NCBI GenBank assembly: GCA_963752255.1
Contig: CAVVXT010000019.1
Span: forward strand, 128,001-192,000
DNA length: 64,000 nucleotides
Source of the DNA: Nitrososphaeria archaeon
GTDB taxonomy: Archaea > Thermoproteota > Nitrososphaeria > JACIWG01
Direction of reading: 5' to 3'
Part shown: one piece after another, positions 20,477-31,360 of the stretch
Layout: every line of letters begins with the position of its first letter
How positions within the stretch are numbered: position 1 is the first letter of the stretch
Program-made: the position numbers and the translations under genes
The notes under the pieces: generated by a model
Told to the model about the DNA's origin: nothing
The model's input: the letters and a program-made list of their open reading frames with translations, nothing else
The model's database searches: none

Positions 20477-20776
20477 GAGTTGCTGATGCTACTTTTCAAA
20501 GATCTCAATTCCCTGTGCAATTGAGTCGGGAGACAGCCATTGGTGGCGTCTTCTGGATATTGTCGCTGGAGTTCTTCGTTGGACAGCTGTAGCGCAGTCA
20601 GCTTGAAAAGGAACTCACAGCCTGATTTACAACGCCATCACAATCTTCGGGTAACGGTTTGCGTGACAGTCAATATTGGTGGTGTCTCGGGTTACTATTA
20701 CTCCCCCCTCCACAAAGTGATGAACGCCACTTTCATTCTAACCTAGTTGCCCTCCTGATAATTTACCAGTAAATTA

Positions 20777-20802
20777 GGGTTCAAATCTCACCCCCGGCGC
20801 TA
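20777..20802 (+). repeat. attR-like copy of the tRNA-Ser 3' end
   Basis: Direct repeat of 17268-17293. Confidence 0.8.
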
Positions 20803-20886
20803 TTTCCCGTCTGAGTACATTAAAATTGAAACTTAAAAAGGGCGAGAAAGCTTAATAGCTTTCTACCCATATCTGATACGGTTTAA

Positions 20887-21354
20887 TTGAACAATCAAAT
20901 ATTAGGAAGTGCCAGAACTTATGCTTTCATCGGGTTCATATTTTACCTGCTAGCTACCGCAGCTGGTTTCATAGGCTTATTCGTCATTGGCCTGTTTATC
21001 TATGTACCTAACATCGCCTTCCCCTTCATCCTGATAGCTATAGTCTTCTTGCTGCTGTTCATCCCAGGAATAGTACTGACGATTTTTGCATGGATGACGG
21101 TAAGAAATATTGAGATGGGAAAATATGCTCAAGCGCGCACTTACAGCCTAATACTTGGAATAATAGGTCTATTCTTCGGCGCCATAATCGGCGGCATCTT
21201 CTTCCTTCTCGCCTACGCAAACCTACGGTGAATCGATGACACCGCCGATGGCGGTCCAACCTTTACCACAGAGATTCTGCGTCAACTGCGGCAGAGCTGT
21301 AGTAGCCCCTAACACAAAATATTGCGCCTACTGTGGAAAAGAACTGCCTCCATA
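20887..21354 (+). pseudogene. Membrane protein with C-terminal zinc ribbon, split by a frameshift near 21226
   Basis: Hydrophobic ORF; the +1 frame continues GESMTPP...FCVNCG...YCAYCGKELPP-stop. Confidence 0.7.
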
Positions 21355-21638
21355 GAGAAGCCTGCAATTTAAATCGCGTGAATGCAACCTAATGAACTTC
21401 CACTCATCTTGAGAATCTAACTTGAGAAACTCACTTGTTAGCAGCGATTTTAGAATAGATATTGCAAGATCTGCCGAAGGTTGTTGAGTAAGGACACTTG
21501 TTTTAATCGCTATCTTAGATTTATAAAAAACATGTCAGTAAACAGAGTATACAGTGGATAAGAAAAGAACTAAAAGTTAAATAAATTGAATGCGATATTA
21601 TATATTATTTATTAGGAAGTTTTAGAATGGGGTAAACT

Positions 21639-22745
21639 ATGAGAATTGCTTCTATTCAAGCCACAATACATACTATACCAGTGTACGTTCCACTATTGGA
21701 AAAGAATGTGAATTGGCCTATCGTCTTTGTACGTATAGACACCGACGAGGACATAACTGGATTTGGCCTAACTGGTGGAGGGCAGCGTTTCGGAGTCAAA
21801 GAGTTCATAAACAGGGAACTGGCGCCTTTCTTAAAAGGTAAAAATCCTTTGGAAACCGAAGCCTTATGGAATCAAATGTACCTCACACACAACCCGCGAT
21901 CCCAGACGGGAGTTTGGAGTTCAGCAGTGAGCGCAGTCGATATAGCCCTCTGGGACGTAAAAGGTAAACATTACAGAGAACCGGTATGGAGACTCCTAGG
22001 CGGAGCAAAGAAGAAAGTTCCTGCCTACATTACCTTTGGTCTTTTAGATTTTAATCGCGAGCAACTGGTTGAAATGGCTTGCCGCTATGTCCGCGAAGGA
22101 CAGGATAAGCTAAAGATGGTGGTGGCGATTAACAACGCTGAAGACCCAACCGAAGATGCTGCCCGAGTTAAGATGGTGCGAGACTCTATAGGAGACAAAA
22201 CCCAACTAATGGTTGATGCCAACTACCTCTTCTCCCTCAACAACGCATTAGAATTAGCCAAAAAAATAGAGGCATATAACATAACTTGGTTTGAAGAGCC
22301 AGTCTATGGAAATGACGCTAGGCTCCTGGCAGACTTACGAAGGAGAACAATAATACCCATTGCCGCTGGTCAGAATGAAGGCTCTCGCTTTCGTCATCGT
22401 GAACTCTTATTAAATGGAGCAGTAGACATTCTTCAGCCCAACGTATGCTATGTAGGTGGCTACACCGAAGCCTTAAAAGTGGCAGCTATGGCCCAAGCCT
22501 TCAATATCCTTATAGCCAACGGAGGTGGCTGGCCACACCACAACATGCATCTGCAAGCGGCTATGACCAATGGTTGGCGAGTGGAGTTCCATTACTTAAT
22601 GTGGAAAGTGGGAGAAATCATCTTCAAGAATCCTCCTGGACCAGATAAGGGCTGGGTCACTCTCACCGAACAGCCTGGACTAGGCCTAGAGCCAAAGGAT
22701 GAAATCCTTAAAGAATATCTGGAAAAAAACTGTCCTGAAAAGTAG
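21639..22745 (+). CDS. Mandelate racemase/muconate lactonizing enzyme family protein
   Basis: SAVDIALWD, KLKM, MVDAN, WFEEP, PGLGLE. Confidence 0.92.
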   Translation: MRIASIQATIHTIPVYVPLLEKNVNWPIVFVRIDTDEDITGFGLTGGGQRFGVKEFINRELAPFLKGKNPLETEALWNQMYLTHNPRSQTGVWSSAVSAVDIALWDVKGKHYREPVWRLLGGAKKKVPAYITFGLLDFNREQLVEMACRYVREGQDKLKMVVAINNAEDPTEDAARVKMVRDSIGDKTQLMVDANYLFSLNNALELAKKIEAYNITWFEEPVYGNDARLLADLRRRTIIPIAAGQNEGSRFRHRELLLNGAVDILQPNVCYVGGYTEALKVAAMAQAFNILIANGGGWPHHNMHLQAAMTNGWRVEFHYLMWKVGEIIFKNPPGPDKGWVTLTEQPGLGLEPKDEILKEYLEKNCPEK

Positions 22746-23112
22746 GAGGTCTTGATTTAGAGGCTTAAGACACCCTGCTAAAAATCCGCCCTTCTTCAAA
22801 TTAAATCAGATAAGGTGGACTTGCTTTTATCAAAGGAGCTCCACCAAAGGACCTACTAAGCATAACTCAAACAACGATTTACTTCATGAACATATAGCAT
22901 AACTTATAAAAAAAGAGGAATCAGTAATAAGTGTATGAAGTGGATATATTAATATTGATCAAAAAGAATCGGCGACTGTGAACAAAAGTCTTAATAATAC
23001 GACTTGCAAATTTAATTTTAAATGAGTATACTGATTAGAAAGGATTCAAACGAAAAGTGAAAGCGTATAATGCATGTTAGTTAGATGCGTAATAAATGAC
23101 CAATTTTGATTT

Positions 23113-23307
23113 TTATATAAGATTTAACGCCTTAGCACATGGGAGACAGTGATATTTTCTTGGAGCACCTTTTGAGATGATTGTCTCACCTATGTTGAAA
23201 TCTCTTTTACATTTGTAGCATTTTAGACCATATTCCTTTGCATAGTGACGATGCGAAAGCTTCGACATTATTGTCGCCGTTAATTTGATCTTGATAGTTC
23301 CTGTCAT
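23113..23307 (-). CDS. Small zinc-finger protein
   Basis: CYKC...YHCLPC; SD/overlap-like context in an AT-rich decayed region. Confidence 0.55.
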   Translation of the reverse strand: MTGTIKIKLTATIMSKLSHRHYAKEYGLKCYKCKRDFNIGETIISKGAPRKYHCLPCAKALNLI

Positions 23308-23789
23308 TTAGCTCAGAGATTTCGTGAAGAATGCTTTATCGCTGTACTTATACTTATAATGGTTGTGATATTTTTGTAGTTTTGCCATTACATTTTCTTT
23401 TTTTAGATCCAACTTCCTATTTTACGAAACAATTAATTTTGGATTCTGTTCCTTTAACCTTTTTAGAATTTTTACTTGCCATTGTTTTTTAGTTGCAGAA
23501 AAGTTTGATCAGAACTACGTCAACGGCTCCTTTGATCTTCGACTCCATCGCCTTGCTTGTCCGATTTTTTTAGGAAAGCTTTAGCTTTTCCTGGACAACT
23601 TAATAGCTTAATAGAACCAGCTCGTATCTTGCAACCTCTTCGGCCTGGATTACTTTATACCTTAAATATTCATATTTCGAGGCTTCATCCTTTAATATCA
23701 CCTTGAGCACCCTGTCAAAAGGCCTTTCACCCTTAAGGTTCTCCAGCACCCAATAAAGCGGCCTTCCAGAGCATGTAATCGATTATGAT

Positions 23790-23864
23790 GGACTCGTGGC
23801 TCAGTTTGGATAGAGTACAGGCCCTCTAAGCCTGGGGTCGTGGGTTCAAATCCCACCGGGCTCG
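23790..23864 (+). tRNA. tRNA-Arg(UCU), atypical (C33, A3:C70 mismatch); possibly chimeric or pseudo
   Basis: Cloverleaf with CAGGC-CCTCTAA-GCCTG and GTGGG-TTCAAAT-CCCAC; acceptor GGACTCG/CGGGCTC pairs poorly. Confidence 0.75.
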
Positions 23865-23877
23865 CTATATTTGATGT

Positions 23878-24521
23878 TCATTCTGATTTTTCGAAGAGAT
23901 GGGATTCAAAGAATGGCATTTTTGATGTTAACAAAGGTTTCCTCTTAAGATAAACGGCAAAAACATCGTCTACGATCATGTCTGCATACCTACAAATAAT
24001 TGCTTCAACGGTTTTTGGTGGCTTGCTGGATTCTGTTGCATGTACACTTATTGCGTGAACGACTTCCAGAGGTAGACCCACGTTTAGAGCTTCATGTGCA
24101 CTGATGAAAGCATAAGCCATCAATTTCCCTACTTCTTTTGTTTCATTTTTGCTTCCTTTTTTGGACTTCTTCCCCCATCCTCCCTCCAAGAGTGCACCGG
24201 CATCGGAAAGATTTGCTGCAGCTATTAAATAGTCCATTTTGACATGTATTTTGAAGGTTTTTTGGCAAAGTTTGCTATTTCTATAGACATTCTGGTAACG
24301 TCGTTAAGGTGCTCCACAAGGGTTTTCTTAATAGGTGAATATGAGGATAATGGATGCAGTAGATCTTCAGGTTCTTCTCCTCCACTTTTTTCTATCAAGT
24401 TCTTCCAGACTTGTATGACCTTTCTTTTTATCTTTTCATCTTCTATCTGGTTCAAGTCGGGAAAAAGCGACAGAATGTGCTCCTCCATTTGATTTTCACT
24501 TACAAATTTAGTTTTAATCAC
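23878..24521 (-). pseudogene. HD-domain protein, frameshifted, HD motif degenerate
   Basis: LVEHLNDVT + DYLIAAANLSDAG + HAISVH...PKTVEAII..YAD in two overlapping frames, with a T6 run near the junction. Confidence 0.7.
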
Positions 24522-24826
24522 GAACTTAAAAAGTTATGTTCTATTTTATAATGGATTTACTTAAGGAGACTGAGAAGAAACAAGGTTCCTCACGGGATAG
24601 GAACCCTCTTTTTACATTTTAGAAAATAAGATAATACTTTATGTTTATAGCTGTGTTTTATTTTCTCTTTGGTGTTTACAGTAATTTTACACAGGTTCAT
24701 AGACAATTAAGCTCTAGAATTACAAATGGATTAGCATGTTTAGTTGTCACTTGCTCTTGCTCGCTTGGAATGACATCGATAGCAAGACTTATCTTTGAGA
24801 CAGCTTAAATATAAAAAGAAGCCAGT

Positions 24827-25749
24827 TTGGGAATCGAGCCAAAATACAGGAAAAGAAAAAAAACATTCGATGCCATCATTGTCGGTAATCTTTCTGTTGA
24901 CAAGAACACGTGGCCTAAAGGTCAAATTGAAAATGCGCTAGGAGGAGCACCGACTTATTCAGGAAGTACATTTACCAGTTTAGGAAGAAAGACTGGCATT
25001 TTCTCAACTGTAGGAAGAGACCATTTTTCAGAAGTTTTACGCTTCTGTCAATCTAAGAACATTGATACAGCGGGTTTACTCGTTTCCAAACAGGAGACGA
25101 TGATTTTCCAAGAATTCATATAATCAAGATGGAACCAGAAAACAAAAATGTCTTAACAAGGCGCCTGAACTCTTTGTCAAAGACATACCTAAAAACTACA
25201 TGGATAGTGGAGCCTTCTATGTTTCACCACCTAGCGGGGGAGGTCGATGAGGAGCTCCTTAAAGGACTTAGGAGAAAAGGAAGTATTCTGATGCTGGACC
25301 CTCAAGGTTTAATGAGAATTATAGGCAAAAAGGGAGATGTAGATATCGTTCTTGATAAAAATATGTTGAAGAGAATTTTCAGGTTGGTCGATATCGTTAA
25401 GATCGGCAAGGACGAATTCAATGCCTTTGATATGGATGAGAAAGAGATCTTTGATATGCTCGAAAAAACAGGAGTAGGAATTGCCATCATAACTAAAGGT
25501 AAAGACCCTGTAACGATATCATATAGGGGGAGATTATTCGAAATACGAACATTAAACGTTGAAGTTGAAGACCCAACAGGGGCAGGTGATGTTTTTGGCG
25601 CAGCCTTTCTATCAGAATATATGACTGGATTTGATGTTGAAGAAGCTGCAAAATTTGCAGCTACTGCAGCAGGTCTAAAGATAAAATATAAAGGCCCAAG
25701 TGGATTTCCATCAAAAGAAGATATCATAAAACATCTTACCCTGAATTAA
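24827..25749 (+). pseudogene. PfkB family carbohydrate kinase with two frameshifts (near 25108 and 25230)
   Basis: GGAPTYSG N-terminus, DPQG, DPTGAGDVFGAAF; the middle segment YNQDGTRKQ...FYVSP is in a third frame. Confidence 0.85.
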
Positions 25750-25974
25750 ACGAAAAATTATGTAAAGCTGAAACAAATCAACAATGGGATAGCTTTCAAG
25801 GCGACTATAAACATCGTTTCACTTATCTATTTATTATCAGAGAATCTCCAACGATAACAATATTCTTAACGACGTCACTGACAGATCTGCAGACCAAAAA
25901 CCATTGATCGAAAAGATGTAAAAACGTTTAGAAGAAAAGTTAAATAAATTATCTTCTAGATACTATAAATTACC

Positions 25975-26325
25975 ATGAAAAAAAATATTGACAGTAACTT
26001 CGTTTACAAGTTACTAAAACAGGTTCCTAAAGGTAGGGTAACCACATATAAAGCACTCGCTAAGGCAGCGGGGAATCCAAAGGGCTCAAGAGCCGTTGGA
26101 GCCATTATGCGCACGAACCCTTATGCTCCTGTTGTTCCGTGCCATAGGGTTGTCTACAGCGATAGTGGTTTAGGGGGATTTAGTGGTCTAAAAAGACTTA
26201 ATGAGAAGGTGAAGATGCTAAAAGAAGAGGGAGTCATTGTCAAGGATGGAAAGATCGAAGATTTTAGTGAAATCTTCTTTGACGATTTCTCTGCTGAAAA
26301 AACAAAGAATGAGACTTTACCATAG
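25975..26325 (+). CDS. MGMT family (O6-methylguanine methyltransferase DNA-binding domain)
   Basis: GRVTTY, RAVG, PCHRVV. Confidence 0.92.
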   Translation: MKKNIDSNFVYKLLKQVPKGRVTTYKALAKAAGNPKGSRAVGAIMRTNPYAPVVPCHRVVYSDSGLGGFSGLKRLNEKVKMLKEEGVIVKDGKIEDFSEIFFDDFSAEKTKNETLP

Positions 26326-26332
26326 AAAAAAA

Positions 26333-26824
26333 TTATGATACAGCTATTTTGAAGACTTCAATCAAAGCCTCTGCAGTTTCTTTAACCACCCTGCTCATCT
26401 TTTTTCCAAATTCGACCTGCTCTATTTGAACGCCTACTATAAAAAAGCGCATTTTGGGGCTTGCAGAACGCATCACGGCAGCAACTAATTCTATTGGTAT
26501 ACTATGGGTTGAGACTGATATCCCTAACGATTCACCAGATATAAGTTCTTGAACAATTATTGCCCCTGGTTTCTGACCAGCTTGAACCGCGTCCAAGAAG
26601 AAAACGACGTCAGGATTCCGGTTAAGAACCTCGTCTATGCAATTCTCTGGGGTACTATAAGCGATAATCACCTTATCCCGTAAACTATTTTTTTTTAGTT
26701 TACTACCTAAATATATTCCAACTCGATCATCACCGCGAAGCTCGTTACCTATGCAAATTAAGGTAAAATTCTTCGACGATTTTATTAGGGCCTTCAGTGC
26801 TCCAATTGGTGAGCTAGAATCCAC
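26333..26824 (-). CDS. Hydrogenase maturation protease (HycI-like)
   Basis: IGNELRGDDRVG, PEN, DAV, STHSIP. Confidence 0.88.
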   Translation of the reverse strand: MDSSSPIGALKALIKSSKNFTLICIGNELRGDDRVGIYLGSKLKKNSLRDKVIIAYSTPENCIDEVLNRNPDVVFFLDAVQAGQKPGAIIVQELISGESLGISVSTHSIPIELVAAVMRSASPKMRFFIVGVQIEQVEFGKKMSRVVKETAEALIEVFKIAVS

Positions 26825-27120
26825 AGCATAAAGTTGACAACAAGATATAGAAAAACCTATGTTTTGATCCTAAACCATCTGATCTTAAATAGTTAATTTA
26901 ACAGTCAACGTTTACGAATCTTAATGTAAGTATGAAGACAGCAACTATATGTTCCATATCTGACATAGGAAGAAGAACTGTATCCTCCATTTTCCAAGCA
27001 AGGCCTTTTTGGATAAAAGGAGTAGTTGTACGTGCCATCAGGAAGAGATAAACTGCAATACTGTAATGTACTGGCCTTTTTTTAGTTACATTTAAACGCT
27101 TAAACCGCTTTTTAAGGTTT

Positions 27121-27672
27121 TTAACTCCACCATTTCTTCTTTAAAGGCATAGCGATTATTTCTCTAACCTCCAGCTTCTTCATTGTGTCTGTGCTAAAAA
27201 TGTCTTCAGTTTTTGTAGCTCTTGCTACAATCGCTGTGTCAGCTCCTCTTCCACTATCACCGACACCAATAACATCTTCGTACAAGTTTACAACAGAAGC
27301 GTCAGAAGCCATCAAAATTACCTCGACTGCGACTTTAAATCCTTGACCAAGAGCGTAGTAAGAATTTCTGATGTCATCCATACCTTTTTTGTGAAGTACT
27401 GGATATATCTGATCTATGGCTGTTCCCCCTAGTTTGGCGATTTTCTCCATAGCGGAAGACTTCATCTTTTCATGCGAAACTGCAACGATTTTAGCTTTGT
27501 TCTTAAATTTCTCAACGAATTTTAATGCTGTATACCCAGATGTACTTGCAACAACGATGAACCTAATATCTGCCTTTTGAATCCTTTTTAGAACTGTTTA
27601 TATGATTGTATCGGTGTCATCTGGTCCCGGTTCTTGAAAATAGACAGAATTATATTCTATTTTTGAAGGCAT
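27121..27672 (-). pseudogene. COG1751 pyruvate-kinase C-terminal-like protein with an internal TAA (27598-27600)
   Basis: MPSKIEYNSVYFQEPGPDDT...stop...VVASTSGYTA is in frame with GQGFKVAVEV...GADTA...REIIAMP. Confidence 0.82.
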
Positions 27673-27740
27673 GTTCCACTTTCCTTGATTATCGATATTT
27701 AAGATTTACCTTGCACTTTTCCATAAATCTTTAATGACCT

Positions 27741-29429
27741 TTATCTTTGAAGGCCCAGCAAAAGGGATACGCGGTCTTTATAATTTAGAAAAGATGAATT
27801 CTGGGACTCTAAGGGTCTGTGGAGAAGAACCTTACCCGCAGCTATATTCTGATGTTTTCCATGAACTATAGTCATTTTGCCATTAACTATCACGTACTCT
27901 ATGCCTTCCGCATACTGATGTGGATCCCCGTAGGTTGCTTTGTCTTTGATCTCGTTTTCGTTGAAAATGACGATGTCAGCCCACATGCCTTCCCTTACGA
28001 TGCCTCTATCTAAAAGGCCCACCTTCTGCGCTGGAAATGAAGTCATTTTATTTACAGCCTTTTCAAGGCTTAGAACACCTTTTTCTCGGACATATTCCCC
28101 TAGTATCTTTGGATATGTTCCATAGAATCTTGGATGCGGCTTTCCAATGTTAAGAATTCCCTCGGTCGCTACTGCCCACGAATCGGTGCCAATCATTGTT
28201 AAAGGGTGTTGCATAATTCTTTGAATATCGTCTTCATTCATTTCAAACACTACCATAGAAGCGCGACCTTTTTCTTCTAATATTAGATCGAATAAAGCTG
28301 TAAGTTCGTCCGGTTTACCCTCTAACTTTGTTATTTGGATGAGGTTCTTGCCCTCCAAAAATTTGTTCTTTCCAGACCCTACGTAACTTAAGAATATGTT
28401 TTCCCAGTCACAATTTTCGATAAGGTTATCCCAACCTAGAATGCCTTCTTGTATGTCCCTTCTGATCTTTTCCCTTTGATCAGGTTTTTCCAACCTTTCA
28501 ATTATCTTATCCATGCCTCCTTCATGAACCCATGGGGGCAAAAGCATAACCAGGGATGTCATTCCAGCTTCGTAAGGGTATTGATCACAGGTAACATCAA
28601 CCCCTCGGCTTCTTGCGTCCTCCATTAACTTTAGAGTTTCTTTGCTTTTACCCCATTGAAGTCTTCCAGCCGCCTTGTGATGTGATATTTCAACAGGTGT
28701 ACCGCTTTTTTCCCCGATCTCTATCGCTTCTTTAACAGACTTGATCAGGTTGGCACTTTCCCCTCTTATATGAGATGTATAGATTCCGCCATATTTTGAT
28801 ACAACTTTAGATAATTCGATTAACTCATTAGTTTTCGAGTATGTTCCAGGGGAGTAGATCAGACCGCTAGACATTCCGAAGGCACCTGCCTCCATCGCTT
28901 CGGCTACAAGAACACCCATACTTTCGATCTCCTTCTTGGTTGGATCACGCTCTTCAAAACCCATTACCGCTATTCTTATTGTACCATGTCCGACGAGATT
29001 TACTATATTTAATGAGCATTCTATCCTCCCTTGATATCTTAAATAATCGCTAAAGGATGACCATTGAACTTTTAAAATTTCACCAGAGGGTAGGAATGGC
29101 GAGAGGTATTCCATTAATAGATCCTTTCTGTCACGATTGACAGGAGCGAGACTCATGCCGCAATTTCCAACCACCATCGTTGTTACACCCTGGTGGAGCG
29201 CACTTGAAGCCTTAGGGTCAAAAGGTATTGCAAAGTCTGAGTGGCTGTGCATATCAATGAATCCGGGTGAAACAACGAGCCCACCTGCATCTATCACATC
29301 CTTTGCCTTTGCAGAGACAAGGCGACCAACTTTTGAAATTCGCCCATTCTTGACAGCGACATCAGCCCTGAACCATGGGTTACCTGTACCGTCAACAATT
29401 TTTCCATTTTTAATTAGGATATCGTACAA
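27741..29429 (-). CDS. N-acyl-D-amino-acid deacylase (D-aminoacylase)
   Basis: PGFIDMHSHSD, GNCG, SHIRGE, SHHK, DQYPY, PHPRFYGTYP. Confidence 0.93.
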   Translation of the reverse strand: MYDILIKNGKIVDGTGNPWFRADVAVKNGRISKVGRLVSAKAKDVIDAGGLVVSPGFIDMHSHSDFAIPFDPKASSALHQGVTTMVVGNCGMSLAPVNRDRKDLLMEYLSPFLPSGEILKVQWSSFSDYLRYQGRIECSLNIVNLVGHGTIRIAVMGFEERDPTKKEIESMGVLVAEAMEAGAFGMSSGLIYSPGTYSKTNELIELSKVVSKYGGIYTSHIRGESANLIKSVKEAIEIGEKSGTPVEISHHKAAGRLQWGKSKETLKLMEDARSRGVDVTCDQYPYEAGMTSLVMLLPPWVHEGGMDKIIERLEKPDQREKIRRDIQEGILGWDNLIENCDWENIFLSYVGSGKNKFLEGKNLIQITKLEGKPDELTALFDLILEEKGRASMVVFEMNEDDIQRIMQHPLTMIGTDSWAVATEGILNIGKPHPRFYGTYPKILGEYVREKGVLSLEKAVNKMTSFPAQKVGLLDRGIVREGMWADIVIFNENEIKDKATYGDPHQYAEGIEYVIVNGKMTIVHGKHQNIAAGKVLLHRPLESQNSSFLNYKDRVSLLLGLQR

Positions 29430-29616
29430 ACTTCACATCATTCTTAATCTTTTAGACATCCTTTAAAATATTTAAATATTGTTCACCTTACAAAAAAGTG
29501 AATTAGAGAATTTTTCAGTAAAGGAAAAAATTGTAACTCGAAATCATCTGATGAAGAAGGATATTGATATAACAAACCTTATATAGTTTTGGCGCGCATA
29601 TAGGTCTCTGGTTTTA

Positions 29617-30543
29617 GTGATTCGGATGAAAAGAATTTCATTTAAACAGGTGGGATTAAAGTACACTCTTAACCCATATGACGAGCCTATAATTAGGATA
29701 AAACCTAAAGAAACTATTGTTGTCGAAGTCGAAGATGCGCCTTCTGGTCAGATAAGAAAAGAAGGCGATGTTAGGGACCGTGATAAAATTCCATTTGGAA
29801 ACCCCGTTGTGGGCCCAATTTATATTGAAGGAGCAGAAGAGGAGGATACAATATCTGTGAATATAAAAGACATTAAGCCAACTATAGGTCAAGGCTCAAC
29901 CTATCTTTCTGAATTTAATCAGAGGTATCTGACTGATGTGCCAATCTTAAGATTTTTGAATAGCAGCCTTCCAAAGAGAACAAAGATATGTAAGATAAGG
30001 GGTGGGGCAGTACAGTTTGATGACTTGACCCTTCCCTACAGGCCTATGGTAGGAACCATAGGAGTTGCACCACATCCTCAAGCTGAATCAATTTCATCAA
30101 GCGTCATGCCTGGGCCGCATGGTGGAAACATGGATATTTCGGACATCTGCCCGGGAAGTACAGTTTTTCTACCTGTCTTCAATGAAGGTGGTTTCCTCTA
30201 TATAGGAGATGCTCACGCCGTACAGGGGGACGGAGAAATATCCGGAACAGCCGTCGAAATGCCTGCCGAATTGACAATCAAAGTTGATGTAACAAAGGAA
30301 AGCATCAACTGGCCTAGGATTGAGACAGATCGTGAAATTATGGTAGCAACTTCAACGAGCGCTGCAAGGAGTTTTGAAGATGCAATCAGAACCGCTTTCT
30401 TGGAGCTTACAATGTGGATGGAAGAGAAATGTGGCACAAATCGATTGGACTGCCTAATGCTGTGTTCGCAGGTTGGAAGAATCAGGGTAGGCAACCTTTG
30501 GACAGTAGCGGCGGCAATAGAAAAGAAGTACTTGAGGAAGTAG
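29617..30543 (+). CDS. Acetamidase/formamidase family protein
   Basis: NPVVGPIYIEGA, PGPHGGNMD, GDAHAVQGDGE. Confidence 0.92.
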   Translation: MIRMKRISFKQVGLKYTLNPYDEPIIRIKPKETIVVEVEDAPSGQIRKEGDVRDRDKIPFGNPVVGPIYIEGAEEEDTISVNIKDIKPTIGQGSTYLSEFNQRYLTDVPILRFLNSSLPKRTKICKIRGGAVQFDDLTLPYRPMVGTIGVAPHPQAESISSSVMPGPHGGNMDISDICPGSTVFLPVFNEGGFLYIGDAHAVQGDGEISGTAVEMPAELTIKVDVTKESINWPRIETDREIMVATSTSAARSFEDAIRTAFLELTMWMEEKCGTNRLDCLMLCSQVGRIRVGNLWTVAAAIEKKYLRK

Positions 30544-30589
30544 GAAATTCTTTTATGTCCACTATGCCTTTTATTAGAGGAATCAATCG

Positions 30590-31279
30590 ATGTTAAAGCT
30601 GAAAGGGCTCGGCGTTTCAACTGGTGTAACAACAGGGCCTGTACTAGTCTTTAACGTACTTAAAGAAAATAAGCTGCTTGAAATTCAAGAGGAAAATCTA
30701 AGCGAACTTAAACGTTTTGAAAAAACACTCCAGAGAACCAGAGAGGACATCGAAGCTGCTTACAACAAGCTTGTGAAGGAGGGGATACGTGAAGGTGAAA
30801 TATTAAGTGCACACCTTCAGATACTTGATGATGAAGAGTTCTCAGGTGCGATAAAGACACTGATATCCAACAAGAAAATGAAAGTTGAGGATGCGGTTGA
30901 AGAAACTGTAAAGAAGCTATCAGCCACACTTAGAGAAGCAAAGTCGGAATATATTAGATCAAGGATAATAGATATAAACGATCTTGGAGAACAACTGATT
31001 AGAAATATGACATCTAAGAAGGGGGCAGCTATTTCCTCAGTAAAGCCGTCAATAATTGTAGCAAAAGAACTTGGCGCTACAGATGTAGCGACAATGGATA
31101 AGGGGAAAATACTTGGTATAGTTACTGAAGAGGGATCTCCGATTTCCCATGTTTCGATATTAGCTAGAGCACTTAAAATCCCAGCTGTTGTTAAATGCCA
31201 AAACATAGTAGATCAAGTTGAAAGCAGGGACACAATTTTTATAAACGGCTCTACAGGAGAAGTCATAATCAATCCTTAG
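30590..31279 (+). CDS. Stand-alone N-terminal half of PTS Enzyme I (HPr-binding helical domain + His phosphocarrier); no PEP-binding domain
   Basis: LKGLGVSTG, ILSAHLQILDD, YIRSRIIDINDL, GSPISHVSILARALKIPAVV; ends INGSTGEVIINP-stop. Confidence 0.88.
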   Translation: MLKLKGLGVSTGVTTGPVLVFNVLKENKLLEIQEENLSELKRFEKTLQRTREDIEAAYNKLVKEGIREGEILSAHLQILDDEEFSGAIKTLISNKKMKVEDAVEETVKKLSATLREAKSEYIRSRIIDINDLGEQLIRNMTSKKGAAISSVKPSIIVAKELGATDVATMDKGKILGIVTEEGSPISHVSILARALKIPAVVKCQNIVDQVESRDTIFINGSTGEVIINP

Positions 31280-31360
31280 GAAATAACCATGTGGATCCAT
31301 CACCAGTAAACAATAAGGTAATTGAAAAGATTTTTTATACGTTCAATAACAAATATCCTG

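Larger units (their letters stand above)
17268..20802. mobile_element. Integrase-less genomic islet in tRNA-Ser
   Basis: gggttcaaatcccactcccggcgcca (17268) recurs as gggttcaaatctcacccccggcgcta (20777), 23/26 identical; cargo looks GC-richer than the flanks. Confidence 0.8.

Noticed and set aside
21229-21231. TGA readthrough or selenocysteine before the zinc ribbon
   Set aside because: The zinc ribbon is in a different frame, so this is a frameshift.
26333-26824. Hydrogenase gene cluster
   Set aside because: Only the maturation protease is present; stand-alone copies are common in archaea.
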